A stretch of DNA of 64,000 nucleotides from Camelus dromedarius (taxonomy: Eukaryota), in NCBI RefSeq assembly GCF_036321535.1, contig NC_087437.1:90398001-90462000 (forward strand). The letters are read 5' to 3'. This document shows, one piece after another, positions 13,201 to 26,089 of the stretch. The position numbers and the translations under genes are program-made. The notes under the pieces were generated by a model, which did no database searches, was not told where the DNA came from, and worked only from the letters and a program-made list of their open reading frames with translations. Every line of letters begins with the position of its first letter. Within the stretch, counting starts at the first letter, position 1.

Positions 13201-13624
13201 TGACACATACCATATATTAAAAAATTGTTCGTAAAATTAGAATTTGTTTCAACATATTTTTTTCTTTCTTTTTTGTGATTCAGTAAGTTAATAACTCAGT
13301 GTCTAGCATCAAATTTCCTCAGTTAAAATCCTGGCTACAAAAAAGGGAAGAAGTCTTAACATCATTCCCAAGAAGAGTAAGCATAAGACAAAGAAGATTA
13401 ATTAATCAATCTGGCTGTCCTGAAATGCTATCAAGGGAATGAGAATGGCAAAATCAGCTGCCTTCATCAGGAGTGCCCTTCAGATGAATGTGATGGGGTT
13501 TTAATGGCGAGCCGCTTTGACAAATATTATCGTGGCCAATACTGTCTGATCTACGGCTTCAATGAACCAGAAGACAAGCCATTATGTGAACTAACAACAA
13601 CATAATCTTATCTGCATCCCTAAT

Positions 13625-13773
13625 ATGAGCAAGTTGTTTAACTTCTTAGTGCCTTAATTTTCTCGTAAGCCATTTTGGGGGGATAATAATAGAACCTGCC
13701 CCATAGGATTTGTGTAAGGATTAAGTGAGATAATGCATGGAGAGCATCAGAAAAGTACTTGCCACATAGTAAC
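13625..13773 (+). mobile_element. MIR SINE fragment
   Basis: gagcaagttgtttaacttcttagtgccttaattttctc, gataataatagaacctgccccataggatttgtgtaaggattaagtgagataatgcatg and cttgccacatagtaa match the MIR core and 3' part. Confidence 0.8.
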
Positions 13774-13815
13774 TATTTTATAAGTTTTTAAACCTAGATA
13801 ATCTTGACATTTTTT

Positions 13816-14090
13816 CATATATCTAAGTAAATTTTTATATTAGCATAGTTTTAAATTGACAGCAACGTTTCAAAGACCCTACAGAGAGCACCATATACCT
13901 TGTACCCACTTTCCCCCAGTTGTTAACTTTTTACATTACTCTTGTACATTTGTCACAACTAACAAACTCATATTGATCTATTATTAACTAAACTCCACAT
14001 TTTATTCAGATTTCATTAGCTTTCCCCTAATGGCATTTTTCTGTTTCACCATCCCATCTATGATATCACATTGCATTTAGTCATCATAAC
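13816..14090 (-). mobile_element. Old L1 3'-UTR fragment (L1MC/L1MD type)
   Basis: tacagagagcaccatatacc, gtacatttgtcacaactaa, tattaactaaactccacattttattcagatttca and cacattgcatttagtcatcat match an antisense L1MC/MD 3' end. Confidence 0.75.
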
Positions 14091-14260
14091 CTTTTAATTA
14101 AGACTATTTTTTTTTAGAGCAGTTTAAAGTTCACAGCAAAATTGAAAAGAAGGTACAAACATTTCTCATTTACTCCCTGTATCCACACAAGCATACTCTC
14201 CCCCATTATCAACACCTTCCCTTTCCTCACCAGAGTGGTACATTTGTTACAATTGATGAA
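14091..14260 (-). mobile_element. L1 3'-terminal fragment (L1MC1/L1MC2 type)
   Basis: tttttagagcagtttaaagttcacagcaaaattga and caccagagtggtacatttgttacaattgatgaa are typical of the antisense L1MC1/2 extreme 3' end. Confidence 0.8.
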
Positions 14261-16184
14261 AATCTTGACATTTTTTTCCCTAAAAGAAATACTTTTTCAT
14301 ATTTTTAAAATTTTTTACACACTAAAAATAATATATCCTGACTTCACTATTAAGCATTGCAACTATTATGTAATTAAAGTCAATTCTAATATGATTTTTT
14401 ATGCAACTACATTTGACAGTGCCTCTGTGTGTTTATCTAGTTGGATATATGGAAAACTGATGGCATGTAATAAGCTCTCAATAATTTAATACATTTTAAT
14501 TCAATACTTGAGTTAAATTTTGAGAGAATAAGTTTGTTATGCTTTAATATGACATTTTCCCCAAGAAATAATGACTACTTCTGGTAAATAAGATTCATTT
14601 CCAACATGGCTTTAAATACCTGATTTTAAGTACACTTTATTGTGGATGAATAACATTTGGTTAAGTGATGTTAGTTTTACATTAAAAGGAACTCATCTAA
14701 TTGTTTTCCATAAGGAATATGAATCATGTTAAAAATTGTGCCCATTAAAAAAATTAAAACCCAGAATGAAAAGAACAACAGCAAACATAATAACATCAAC
14801 AAACACACAATTACCTTGACAATATTATATCTTAGAAACTTTTTTTTTCTCAAGTCCTTACCTGCCTCACAGAGAGAAGACAGATCTGAGAGTCTTAGTA
14901 TTTAAGAAATATCAAACTGACTTATTTCCTGGTTATTTTTATCCTAAAGTAAAAACCTACAACTCTTTGAAGAGACTTAACCTAATGAATATAGCTAGCA
15001 ATATAATTGATATTAATTATTAAAATGGCACTTCAGTTTTGATTAGTTTTCAGTAGTATTAATGGAAATACTATTTTAGTAAGATCATTGTCCATCCCTA
15101 AAACAATTTAAAATATCAGTAATAACTTTGGCTTTATAACAACAAGCACTTTAAAAATCATTAAATTTGATTTAATCAATCAACATTATTTTCCTCCATT
15201 GTCTTTTCAAGCATTGAACTATCACTTTAAGATGAGAGAGATCACTTTTCATTACTTTTTCTTTCATAGTTTATACTATATTATGAGTGAAAATTATAAT
15301 TGAATGTATATAAAACATAATTATATATAGTACATATATACATATATATGTATAAACAAATATAAAATTGGAAACTGGTTCTAGTTTCCCACTACAAAAC
15401 TTTTATACATCTTATATTTACTACCATATCAGAGAGATAATAAAACCACAACAGGAACAAGGCAAAGTGGGAATATTAAGTAAATGTAACAGATACAAGT
15501 TAAAATGCTCTGATAATGTCCCCCCAACGAAGTTCATCTTTTCTGTCACAAATAATTTCTCCTCACCTCTGGAATCCTATTAAAATTTGTAGGTCTCATA
15601 AAGAAATTTCCACTTTCTATATTATCATTTCAAGTATGCCCTTCTTAACTAAATGCTCCCTAGCTGCAGTGAGTTATTTATTTTCACATTTTCCCTGGCA
15701 TACAGAACTCAATTATTTAGAGAAGAAAAGTCTACATGTAGCAAGTTATACCATTTCCAGGCTTTGCTAAACTTCTATTGTTTCAAATTATGTTTTATAG
15801 CCCCTTATGATGTTAAAAAAATTGCTTGAACCTGATCACTAAATTAAACTTATTTTAGTGAATTTTATACCTATGTCTCTCAATACGAGTTCTTCACCAT
15901 CATAAGTTCCCTATTCATTGTCTCCAATATTGGCCATGTCCATTTCCTCTCATTTATTTGTTCACTGTTTTCCCATTATTGGCTCTGCTTTTACCATACT
16001 CTCTGGAGTGCAGAGACTTGCACATACGTACAGCATCAGATTGCTAACTGAGCTATGCTAAATTGCATTTTGCTCCCAGTGGATGGATTTATTCAAAAAT
16101 TTTTGGAATAGTTGTTAGAGAGGAATAGCTGTAAGTAGGATTTCTAGAAATGGAAGGAGATGGAAGGAAATTCTACAATGCTGG

Positions 16185-16320
16185 TTCCATTTTCCTCATA
16201 ATATAGAGGAGAAAAATCTCAGTCCGGGAATTGTGACTTGGCTTACCTAAGGATACATAGCAACAGAGATGAGAGCTGAAATTAGGTCCCCTGGCTCTCT
16301 GTCTAGTGCTCGCTGACCCT
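16185..16320 (-). mobile_element. MIR-family fragment
   Basis: cctcataatatagaggagaaaa, gtgacttggcttacctaaggatacatagc and gagctgaaattaggtcccctggctctctgtctagtgctc resemble antisense MIR. Confidence 0.6.
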
Positions 16321-16434
16321 ATCCTTTTCCCAGGGGACATTTAGTACAGGAGAAAGTTGGATGCTTAAACAGAATATCACAAAGTAGGGTCCATTAACTG
16401 CCCCTCAGTTTGCAAACCCAAACTGTAGGAAACT

Positions 16435-17630
16435 ATTTAATTATTAATTCAGCAAAGACTTACTGAATGCCAATTATGTGCCAAACACTGCTCTACCTGC
16501 TTGGTATATGTCATTAAGGAAGAGGGATAAAATATTCGTATCATCTTGAAACTTATATCCTATTCAAGGGAGAAAGAACATAATCAACATTTTAAATAAG
16601 AGTAAATCACTTAGGATGTTAGCAAGAGAGAAGTTTCAAGGAGAAAAGAATGAAAGCAGGATAAATGTAGAGTGAGAGAAGTGATTTTTCAATAGCAGGG
16701 TCAGGGTAAATTCCACTGAGAAACTGAGATTTGAGCAAAGGTTTGAAGGAGTTCTGGGAGTTGGCTATGTCAATATCTGGAGGAGAAGCATTGTAGTCAG
16801 AGGAAACAGTGCAAAGGACCCAAGCTAGGAGAGAATGTCAGAGTTTAAGGGAGAGGAAGGCAGCTGATGTGGCTGGAGAGAAGTGGGGAAGAGAATAGTA
16901 GAAAGCAAGGTCAGAGTGAAAACCAGAGCTGTATTAAATAAAGCTACATTATGCAATTTGGTTACCACTAGCCACACATCGCCACTGAGCACTTGAAATG
17001 TTCCTGATGCAACTTAGAAATTAAATTTTTAATTTTACATAATTTTAATTAATTTATAATTTTATAATTTATATATAAATTTATAAATTATCTTTTAAAA
17101 CTGAAGCATTCAGTGTGGATGCAGATATGACAAGGAATTTATTTTGGCAGTTAATTCAGTTATTGGAAAATTTTTAAGTATATTTAAACATCTTGAGTAT
17201 GTGAATCTACTTTTCAATTGTAAATTTTATGAAGTCCAAGTAACGTGTATCCCTGTGTAAAATTTAGTGTCCAGACTGAGAGGAGATGAGGTGTAAAATA
17301 TCCACTGGATTTTCAAAGATGAGTATAAAAGTGGAAAATAGCTAATTAATAATTTTCAGTATTAATTATTTATTGAATTGGCACTTTAGATATACTGGTT
17401 TAAATAAAATATAAACCAAATCATATAAAATACTATATAAGCATAATTTTAGCTGCCTATTAATGTAACTACTACAAAGTGTACAATTACTTATATTTCT
17501 TATATTCTATTGAATTTTATTTTTTATAATTCTACTGAAAGTACAATAGGCCAGTATAAGGAGATTGGCTTTTGCTTTAAGTGAAATGGGGATCCATCAG
17601 AGGTTTTCAGCAAGAGAGTAATAAGAACTG
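16435..17630 (-). mobile_element. L2 (L2a-like) 3' region, split by a Charlie1 insertion
   Basis: attcagcaaagacttactgaatgccaattatgtgccaaacactg, gagatttgagcaaaggtttgaagga and gatgtggctggagag before about 16940. Resumes aggccagtataaggagattggcttttgctttaagtgaaatgggga...cagaggttttcagcaagagagt after about 17545. Confidence 0.8.
16944..17545. mobile_element. Charlie1-family (Charlie1b-like) hAT DNA transposon nested in L2
   Basis: ccactagccacacatcgccactgagcacttgaaatg, gtatgtgaatctacttttcaattgtaaattttatgaagtc, aaaatttagtgtcc and gtgtaaaatatccactggatttt. Ends degraded. Confidence 0.8.
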
Positions 17631-18007
17631 TATTTTAGTTCCACTTTTTAATCAATTATTTAATTATAGCTGCCATTTACATTCCTCCTGTAAATTAATA
17701 TTTAGATAGATTCATACTTTATGCATATTGCAACACAGATAAGGCATAATTTGGTTGATTAGACAAGTGATTTATCTTTCTTTCCAATTATATTACTTGT
17801 TATTCATTTTTATAAGTTCATCTAATCATGAAAGAAAAGGACAGCCCACATAAATGCTGTATATTATCTCATTCTAACTTTTCTTAGATTTGGACAACAC
17901 TAGCAAGTTGTGTCCACTATCTCTAGAAATGAAACTCAGAGTACCTTCAAGTCTTTATGCTAATTCCCAACTGATACATCAGGTAACTCATAAAAAATGT
18001 CCATACA

Positions 18008-18736
18008 ACTACCACATGATCTATCAATTCCACTTGTTGGTATTTATAAGAAAAAAGAAAAACACTAATTTGAAATGGTATATGCACCCCCTTGTTCACT
18101 GCAGCGTTATTTACAATAGTCAAGACATGGAAATAACCTAGCTGTCCCACAAAAGATGAATGGATATAGAAAATGTGGGGTGTGTGTGTGTGTGTGTGTG
18201 TGTATACACACACTCATACACAATGGAATATTATTCAGCCATAAAGAATGAGAGCTTGCCACTTATGACAACATGGATGGACCCTGAAGGCATTATGCCA
18301 AATGAAATAAGTTAGAAAGAAAGAGGGAAATAGCATATGATCTCACTTATATGTGGAATCTTAAAAAAAGAAAAGAAAGAAAAGCTCATAGAGTAGATAC
18401 AGAAACTAGATTGGTAGTTGCCAAAGGTAGGGAGTGGGGATTGGGGTGGATAAAATAGGTGAAGGGAGTCAAAAGGTACAAACTTCCAGCAATAAAATAA
18501 GTCACGGGAATGTAATGTATGACATGGTGAATATAATTACATATTTGAAAGTTTCAAGAGAGTAGATCTTAAAAGTTTCCCGCACAAGAAAAAAAAATTC
18601 TTTAACTATGTATGGTGATGGATGTTAACTAGATTTATGTGGTGATCATTACACAATATATACAAATACCAAATCATTATGTTGTACACCTGAACCTAAT
18701 ATAATGTTGTATGTCAGTTACACCTCAATTAAAAAA
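18008..18736 (+). mobile_element. 5'-truncated L1 (L1MA9-like lineage): ORF2 C-terminus plus 3' UTR
   Basis: gcagcgttatttacaatagtcaagacatggaa, gatgaatggata, caatggaatattattcagccataaa, caacatggatggacc and gttgtacacctgaacctaatataatg. TSD aaaaaatgtccataca (17992-18007) / aaaaaagtccataca (18751-18765). Internal (TG)n at 18181-18202. Confidence 0.92.
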
Positions 18737-20789
18737 TTACTTAATTGAGGAAAAAAGTCCATACATTTTGCTTTTGCAATCAATGAGTCAAAGAAATTAT
18801 TTTGGACACCCTACTGCAAGTGCCTTAAATATTCTCTACACTAAAGCCACAATGGAATTAAGAAGTTGGATAAAGTCAACAAAAACTGGAAAACAATCTT
18901 CTTTTAAATGTTTAACCAAGGGAAACGTATAGTTTTTAAGCTTTCAATGATCTATAACAATCTAATAATCATCAATTAATTTTCAAGGTTTTTTTTTTTT
19001 TAAGGTTCCCATATCCTGTGATGATTCAATAAGCAACATGCAAGATTAACCCCAAATAATCATATTCAGGAAAAAGAAAAACCCTCTGTAGTTGTAAGGC
19101 AATCATTCTAAGATTTTAAATGATAGAAAGATCCCTCTAAAGTAAATCTGTCAATAATTTAAATACCCTTATCATGGAACTCCTAAATTTCTGCCTAAAT
19201 TCAAAATTTTACATAGGTCTAGAAAAGAAAGGGTTATGTAGTTAAAAGTTAGGAAAAGAGACTATTTCTTTTAAGTGTATTTCTGTTTTATGCACAAAAC
19301 TACCATCACTATTAATGGGAGTTAAACACATAAAACCATTGTGCATCAATAGAACGGAAATTGTAATCCATAAAATGAATGAATTAAATCATTATAAGTA
19401 ATTCTTTAGCACATGAACTCCTCTAAGTTCTATGAAGTATATAGTCTGACTTTTTGAAATGGCACTTAAAAAGGTTTTACACACTAATTGAACAGCCATT
19501 CACTAGGCTTATTTTTCACTTACATCTCTCCTAATACCTGTGAAGTAGGGTTTTTAAAATAGGAGACTGGATGGTAAAAGCAGCAATTTCTCATCAGGGA
19601 ATATTTAATAACTGGAAGCTATTAGCAAACTAAAGGACACAAAATAGATTAATTTTTCAAAGATATGTCCTTTTGGGATTATAAATTGTTCAGTTTTCAG
19701 GGAGAAAGACTGACAGCTGTGTAAGGATAGGTTTACATTTAATATTCCTCCATAATACATGAGAAAAGTTATTTTAATCTTTTTCATAATAATCATTAAT
19801 TAAGATTATTTGAAAATAACCAGGGGTAAAAATAAGTTAAAGCTTATCCAATTTGGGTCATAATTTACTTATAGATTGCAATATATTTTTGTTTAAAGAT
19901 AGTACCATGAAAACTAACTTTGGTATAATATATTATTTTATTTAATACATATTTACATAATATTGTTATGATATAGAAGAAAATCTAACTCTATGCTCCC
20001 TGACTATGGTTATAAAAATATATATAACTGGAGAATGACCTTACTGACAGAACTATGGTTTCTAATTAAACATCTCTCTTTGTCCTAGAAAAATGGTCAT
20101 ATATCAACAACTTTTACAAAGAATTATGTACAATACATAACATAAGAAAGCTGGATTCTGCTCCTTTTATTTTGAGTTAAACTTAGAATCTAGGCTTAAT
20201 TTACATGTGCTTTTACAATTTTATTGGTTACTTGGACTTAATTATCTATCCATCCCCTTAAAAAAAAAATACATAGTCATCATTCAAAGACCTTAAAAAC
20301 AAATGTACACATGATTTGATATTTACAATGAAATAACTGAAGACCACCTATAAGGCAATCTATTGAAAATATTTTAAAGGATCCTTGAGGTTATATTTTT
20401 CAAGAGCATATAGAATTGAATATAGGAATCCTGACAAAATTTGGGAACACTGCTGAAAAGTTACTACTTAGGTTTCCCATTCCTTTGTCATGGGCAAAAC
20501 TGACTCTAAGAAATTTTGTAACACAAAAAGTAACATGCCTTCTCCACTATGTTTTATAAGAACTTGACATCTGTACCTCAGGAAAATCTCTTTCTTGACT
20601 TCACCTCCCTCCCACACTCTTCTCCTGCCCCCCCACTCCCTCCCCTCTCATCTGTCCATCCATCTTTCCTACCTTTTTTCCTTCTCCTCTCCCCGTCATA
20701 CATATTTTTAGAGCTTTATACCAATGCATGTATTTTCTATTTTGTAAGCAAAGACATTAACAAAGTATTTTAATATTTATTAATTATTT

Positions 20790-21045
20790 AACATTGATTA
20801 TAGAGAGCTTCCTCTGTGCTAGTCACTGTACAAGACACTGAAAACATTTTAAAAATACTAACAAATAATAACCTTATGAGGTTGACAATAAAGTTATCTC
20901 CATTTTATTTACCCATAGAGACACCAAGGCACAGAGCTCTTAAGCAGTTTGCTGAAAACCATGTGTCTATTAAGTAAAATGGTGAGGATTAGAATCAAGA
21001 TTCTATGACTCTGAGGATGCATGTTATTAACTATTACACTATGGT
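20790..21045 (-). mobile_element. Near full-length MIR
   Basis: gagagcttcctctgtgctagtcactgt, aaccttatgaggt, ttatctccattttat, aaggcacagag and aggattagaatcaag..tatgactctga in antisense MIR order. Confidence 0.75.
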
Positions 21046-23937
21046 GCTCTTATAAATTTCAGAGTCTATCAAAAATAAAAAATATTATTTTTTTCTGAAA
21101 ACTTACAAGAAGGAAATTGTCAAGTTAATTCAGATGCAGGTTTATTTAGCCTAAGAATTGCTGGCGAACTTCCAGATAGATGTCAGCTTTAAAGTACAAT
21201 TCTACTTCAGCCTCTTTTAAGAACCATTTATGATGCTGTGGTTCATACATCTATTCAAGACATTTTGAATTAAATTACACTTCCTTTCTAAACCACACCT
21301 TGGGAGTACTAGTCTTAGGCATTTGCTTTAAGTTGCAGGAAGTAACACTTCATTTCTTTTTTTACTTAACCTTATTTCGTTTTCTAGCTCAGGTTATAGT
21401 GAAAAAGACTGTTTCCTACTCATATAGAAATAAATTTTAATTTGAAAACTGAGACCCTCAAAATGGTAATCTAAAATTTGTTTTTCCTTAGGTTGAAGTG
21501 TTTAAAAATTAACAGATGAAACTACTTTTCCTATTTAATGCTCTAAGAACATGGCTCTGAATAATCTGGAGGAGTGGAATCTAATTTTTCCATAAGAATA
21601 AATTTTTTATGAAATGTAGTGGTGCTACATATTTTGGAAATTTGTGTTAAATGAATAAAAGAGAAATCCACATGTATTTTCTCTAATTTGTTCACATTTC
21701 ACATTCAACCATTTGGGCATATGTTGAAAAATCAGTAATTTTAGCCCACACTATCACCACATTTTGAGATAAAGGGCACTGCTTAGCTGGGGAAGGAAAA
21801 AAAAAGAGTGCCAGTAGATAAAATCAGATAGGCTGTATAATTTTAAATATAGTCAAATGTCAGTATTTAACACGCTCTTATCATTTATGTATAATAAAAA
21901 ATACTTTTTAAAAAGTTCTGCTTGTCTAAAATGGAAAGTCAATTTTTCAATTGAACAGAAGACAATGCTTAGCATATGAGTACACTAGAATACTGTTATT
22001 AGAAATGTATACAATTATTAAATTTTCCAAAAAAAAAAAATAGATGATGGTAAAAACCCAAGTCGTGGCAAAAACATAACAACACAGTCTAGGTTACAGC
22101 AGTCATAATCAAGTTTAGGAGAATCACATCAGCTTATTCAGATCTATTCACACTCAAAAAAACAAAATGGTCTGAATGGTTAGGTCGTATGTAGTCATTA
22201 AGAAAAATGATATGTAGCTCACACATTCATATACTTCTTACGCCTAGGCTTTACAGAACTGTAACTTGTCATCGTTATGATTGATATCCACTTCTTTAGA
22301 CTATTTTCTATTTATAGGTGGTAAATACAGAGCAAATTACAAATAGTGAAGACAAAAAATAAAAGCAAATATTCTAATTCAGGACTGATTTTCCAACTCT
22401 TGCCTAAAAATGATCATCAAAGGAAACTTGATTTTACTAGAAAGCTTAAAACAACTAAAAAAAAATTCCTTGTTTAACTTGTGCTTTAAAAGAGGGTTCT
22501 GACTTTGTTACAAAAAAAATTTGAGTTGCTTTATTGTATCACATTTATATAATTACACGTATATTATGCAAAAGTATCTGTGTGCTTTTTGGCAAAAAAT
22601 ATGAATTTTTTGGCAGAAATGATTTTTTAAATGAACAAATAAAACAAATGCAATATCCTAAAATTGTAGACAAATCACAAATGAATATAACTCCGTAACA
22701 ACAGTCACGGAAACAAAGATTTAAGCCAAAATGCTGAATTCTAAATCTATAGTATCAAATCTTTTCTTCTCTCTTTTCCATTATTCTTCCCCATGGGGAT
22801 CATCCAAGTTTTGCCCACAGTAATTCAGGAGCACTGGTCCTGAAATTGAGGGGAAAGGCATCGACAGCCATAATTGAGCCATTCACTCAGCTTTCCTTTG
22901 AGAGCATATTTGATTGGCATAATATAAAAATAGAACACACATTTAGAAATAGACTTAAAACTTCTCTTGAAATGGAGACTAAATGGTTCATGAGATTGAT
23001 GAGACAAAGATTCTATTACTTCAAATCACTGGTTTGAGTCTAGCTCACATGAAAGTGACTAATTCATTACCACAGGACAATCTTCAGAAAATGATGTAGT
23101 ATAGTAAGATAAAGTCTCCATATGAAGAGATCTTTCAACGAATGCTACTTAACAAAAACAAGAACAAAACTTAATTGAAGCATGTATACTGTATCTTGTA
23201 GACATTCTGAAAACATTTGAAACATTCGTGATGAGGCAATAATCACTTTACTCTGAACGCTTATACAAATGCTTCCTGAGCCACCATTACATCAGGGATT
23301 GTGTAGTTTATAGACATGACTCAGAACACACAGTGCCAGAGGAACTTCAGTGAGCAATATTCTAATGTGTTTTCTGCCTAAATGGGCTATTGGGATTATT
23401 TCTTATTTCTTCAGTGTTCTAAGCCTAACTTTGTGTTTCAAAGTTTAAATTTCAACCTTGGGATCTAACTTAATGAATAGAGCTTTCCAAGCAATATGGA
23501 CTGATCTGTCCTTACAGAGTTACAGCTTTGTGTGTCTGGAATGCAGTCCTACTACTGCTGTCCTCTTCCAGCTCCTTCAGTTCATTAAGTGTGCATTTCC
23601 TGAGTCTTGGCTGGGGAGATAATAGATGAATGTGTGGTGGGATAGACTGACTGATGGATAGAAAGAGTGATGAGTATTAGTCTTGTTTTGTTTAGGGAGG
23701 AAATCAATGTATAAATAGATATTCCCCAATTTTCCCATTGTTAAAGTTGCCAGGAAAATATTATAATGGAAGGCTTGCTCAATATCTATCCATAACAACC
23801 ATTCTCTAAAGTATACTCTAAAAACAGTATCTAGGAAAAAAATGAAAATATTTTCTTTGAGCTTTTATAATTTTTTCCTTTAAGAGTTTGCTCTCCTACT
23901 TCCACTCCACCTCCCTAAAAAAAGAAAAGAAAAATAA

Positions 23938-23965
23938 ACACACACACACACAGACACATACACAC
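23938..23965. repeat. (CA)n microsatellite
   Basis: Interrupted CA run visible directly. Confidence 0.8.
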
Positions 23966-25299
23966 TTCTTGGGGGACATTTGGTGGTAAATGATTAAATA
24001 AATAGTCCCTAACCATGTCACAATGCCTAGTGTGCAAAGATAGCCCACATAAATTTTATTTATTCCTCACTCTATTGAAAATTACAGTAACTGAATTTCT
24101 TAATAAAGAAACAATATAAATAAGTATTTTAAAAACAAAAGGCTGCTTAAACTAATTCTGTCCCCAGTGCAAAAACTGGTTTACCTAGACGGAAAATAAT
24201 TATTTGACACAAATACCTGAAAGAGATGGTAAATGAAAATGGAACTCCATTGACAACACTGCAGAATTAAAAAGAAAGGAAACTCTCTTGTGGTTGGGCT
24301 TTAATGATGTTTCCACAGAGGTTAACAATAGTGACCACAAATAAAATATAGTGGCCCCACAGTGCTGCCAGATATCACACCGTTCCTATTTCTCTGGGTA
24401 AAACCAGTAAGAAACTCCCTCTCTTTACATGCTTTTCATAAAAAAGAGAATCATGAATATATTCTATAAACTTCAAGCATAAGTGAAATAAATGTCCCTG
24501 TTAAACTCCTATAATAAATAGGTTAGGAAAGCATGCTTCAGATTATAATCAAAAGCCAACACTTCATTCCTCCTTGAAAAGTATTTCTTTGGACCCAGAA
24601 TATTTAATGCACATACAAACAAACACACACACACATTCAATTAAGTGCACATTGCTTTGAAACTACTGTAGGCAACACCATAATATTAGTTATACTTTCC
24701 TAAAAACAGTGACACTTTTATGAAATATTTAATATCATGAGAATTCAGATAGCAAATGCTGTTAGTAAAATTCAGGCAAATACAAGCTATTCATGAATAA
24801 AATTTTAAATATATGAAAATCAGTATATCAATTAAAAGGGGAGTAGAGGGTTGGTAACTAACAATTTTCTTAATCTTATTTATATACTAACCTAGATTAA
24901 ATGATTAATATCTTATCTTAAAAATGCAAATAATACCAATATAGCACTATGAAATAAAAATCAAATCTCCCCACAGCACTGCAAGATCTCAAGGAAATGA
25001 GAGATAAGGGAAAATATGATATACAAAAAAAAGGACATGTGTGAAATAATGTAAAAATGAATGGCTTAGTCTATAGAATAAATCTCAAGGTGAATCCACG
25101 TTAGTTAGGAAAGTTCATGGAATATCACAGAGTTTATGGAATAGTCCATCTAGTGGAACAACAGATGATGTAAGAATATGAATTAAAATTTTAATGGAAT
25201 TTTTGTATCATTCTTTAAAAAAAATATTTTGTAATAGTGCCTTGACTGATCACCAAACCCCATTGATTGAAACAGATGGGAGAACACTATTAAGGAGAA

Positions 25300-25830
25300 A
25301 TTGGAAGTGCCACCTTATAAGACATCACAAAGGAGATAACAATTAACTGGAATTTGAAGGGACAATGAGATTTCACCAGAGGACCAGTGAGGTAGTTTGA
25401 GGTGGAAGAGCACAGCAGAGGAAGACTAGAAGACATTTTTTAGCTGAGAGTGCAACCCAGTCAGAAGAGAATGTGAAGTATAATAGGTAATGGGAACAGA
25501 ATTTCTTAGGGGGTTAATGAAAATGTTCTAATATTACATAGTGGTAATAATTGCACAATTGTGTGAATAAAACTCACCGAATCATACATTTTAAAGTGTG
25601 GACTTCATGGGACATGAACTGAATCTCAACAAAACTGATATTAAAATATCTTTACAGCAATAGGAAAAAGAAAAAAAGAAGAGAATGTGACAGCTTGGAA
25701 ATGTTACATTCATATCGAGGCATGTGTATCACTTTGTGCATGTGTACTGGAGGGAAGGGGTTTATAGTGTTTAAGAGGTGAGGCTGAAAAGATTGGTGAT
25801 GACTGGTTATAAAGGCAAAACATCATTTAA
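25300..25830 (-). mobile_element. Degraded L2 interrupted by an L1 fragment
   Basis: Purine-rich aaggagataacaattaactggaatttgaagggacaatgagatttcaccag, and later aagaggtgaggctgaaaaga, resemble antisense L2. Confidence 0.5.
25477..25676 (+). mobile_element. Short L1 3'-end fragment (L1MB-like) with perfect TSD
   Basis: taatgggaacagaatttctt, gaaaatgttcta, gtggtaataattgcacaattgtgtgaata and atctcaacaaaactg followed by an A-rich tail. 14-bp TSD agaagagaatgtga at 25463-25476 and 25677-25690. Confidence 0.85.
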
Positions 25831-25843
25831 AGGTTTGAACTGC

Positions 25844-26000
25844 AAGTAATCTCCCAAAATGGCTGCATATCACATCACACTGGTAATTTTAAAAAATACA
25901 GATTCTGGGGTTCCCTTCCTAGTTGGGGTGGGAGAGGGCATCTATTAGTTTTGTTCCACCCAACTTCTCTAATGATCAGCCAGCTTTGGGAGCAACTGCT
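25844..26000. mobile_element. MER5A-type hAT-Charlie MITE
   Basis: ctcccaaaatggctgcatatcacatcac, aaaaatacagattctgggg and ctaatgatcagccagctttgggagcaactg. Confidence 0.65.
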
Positions 26001-26089
26001 ACAGTCTATCAGCAATAGGAAGCCAAAAAATCTTCAGGACGGCCCTTACCTGATGACTTTCTCTCCCAGCTATGCTTCAGGGACAATGA

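Noticed and set aside
14142..14489. 115-aa ORF
   Set aside because: Starts in an antisense L1 3' UTR at a non-ATG codon and has low-complexity AT-driven composition.
17890..18213. Overlapping ORFs on both strands
   Set aside because: They lie in the decayed L1 ORF2 C-terminus and (TG)n repeat; not host genes.
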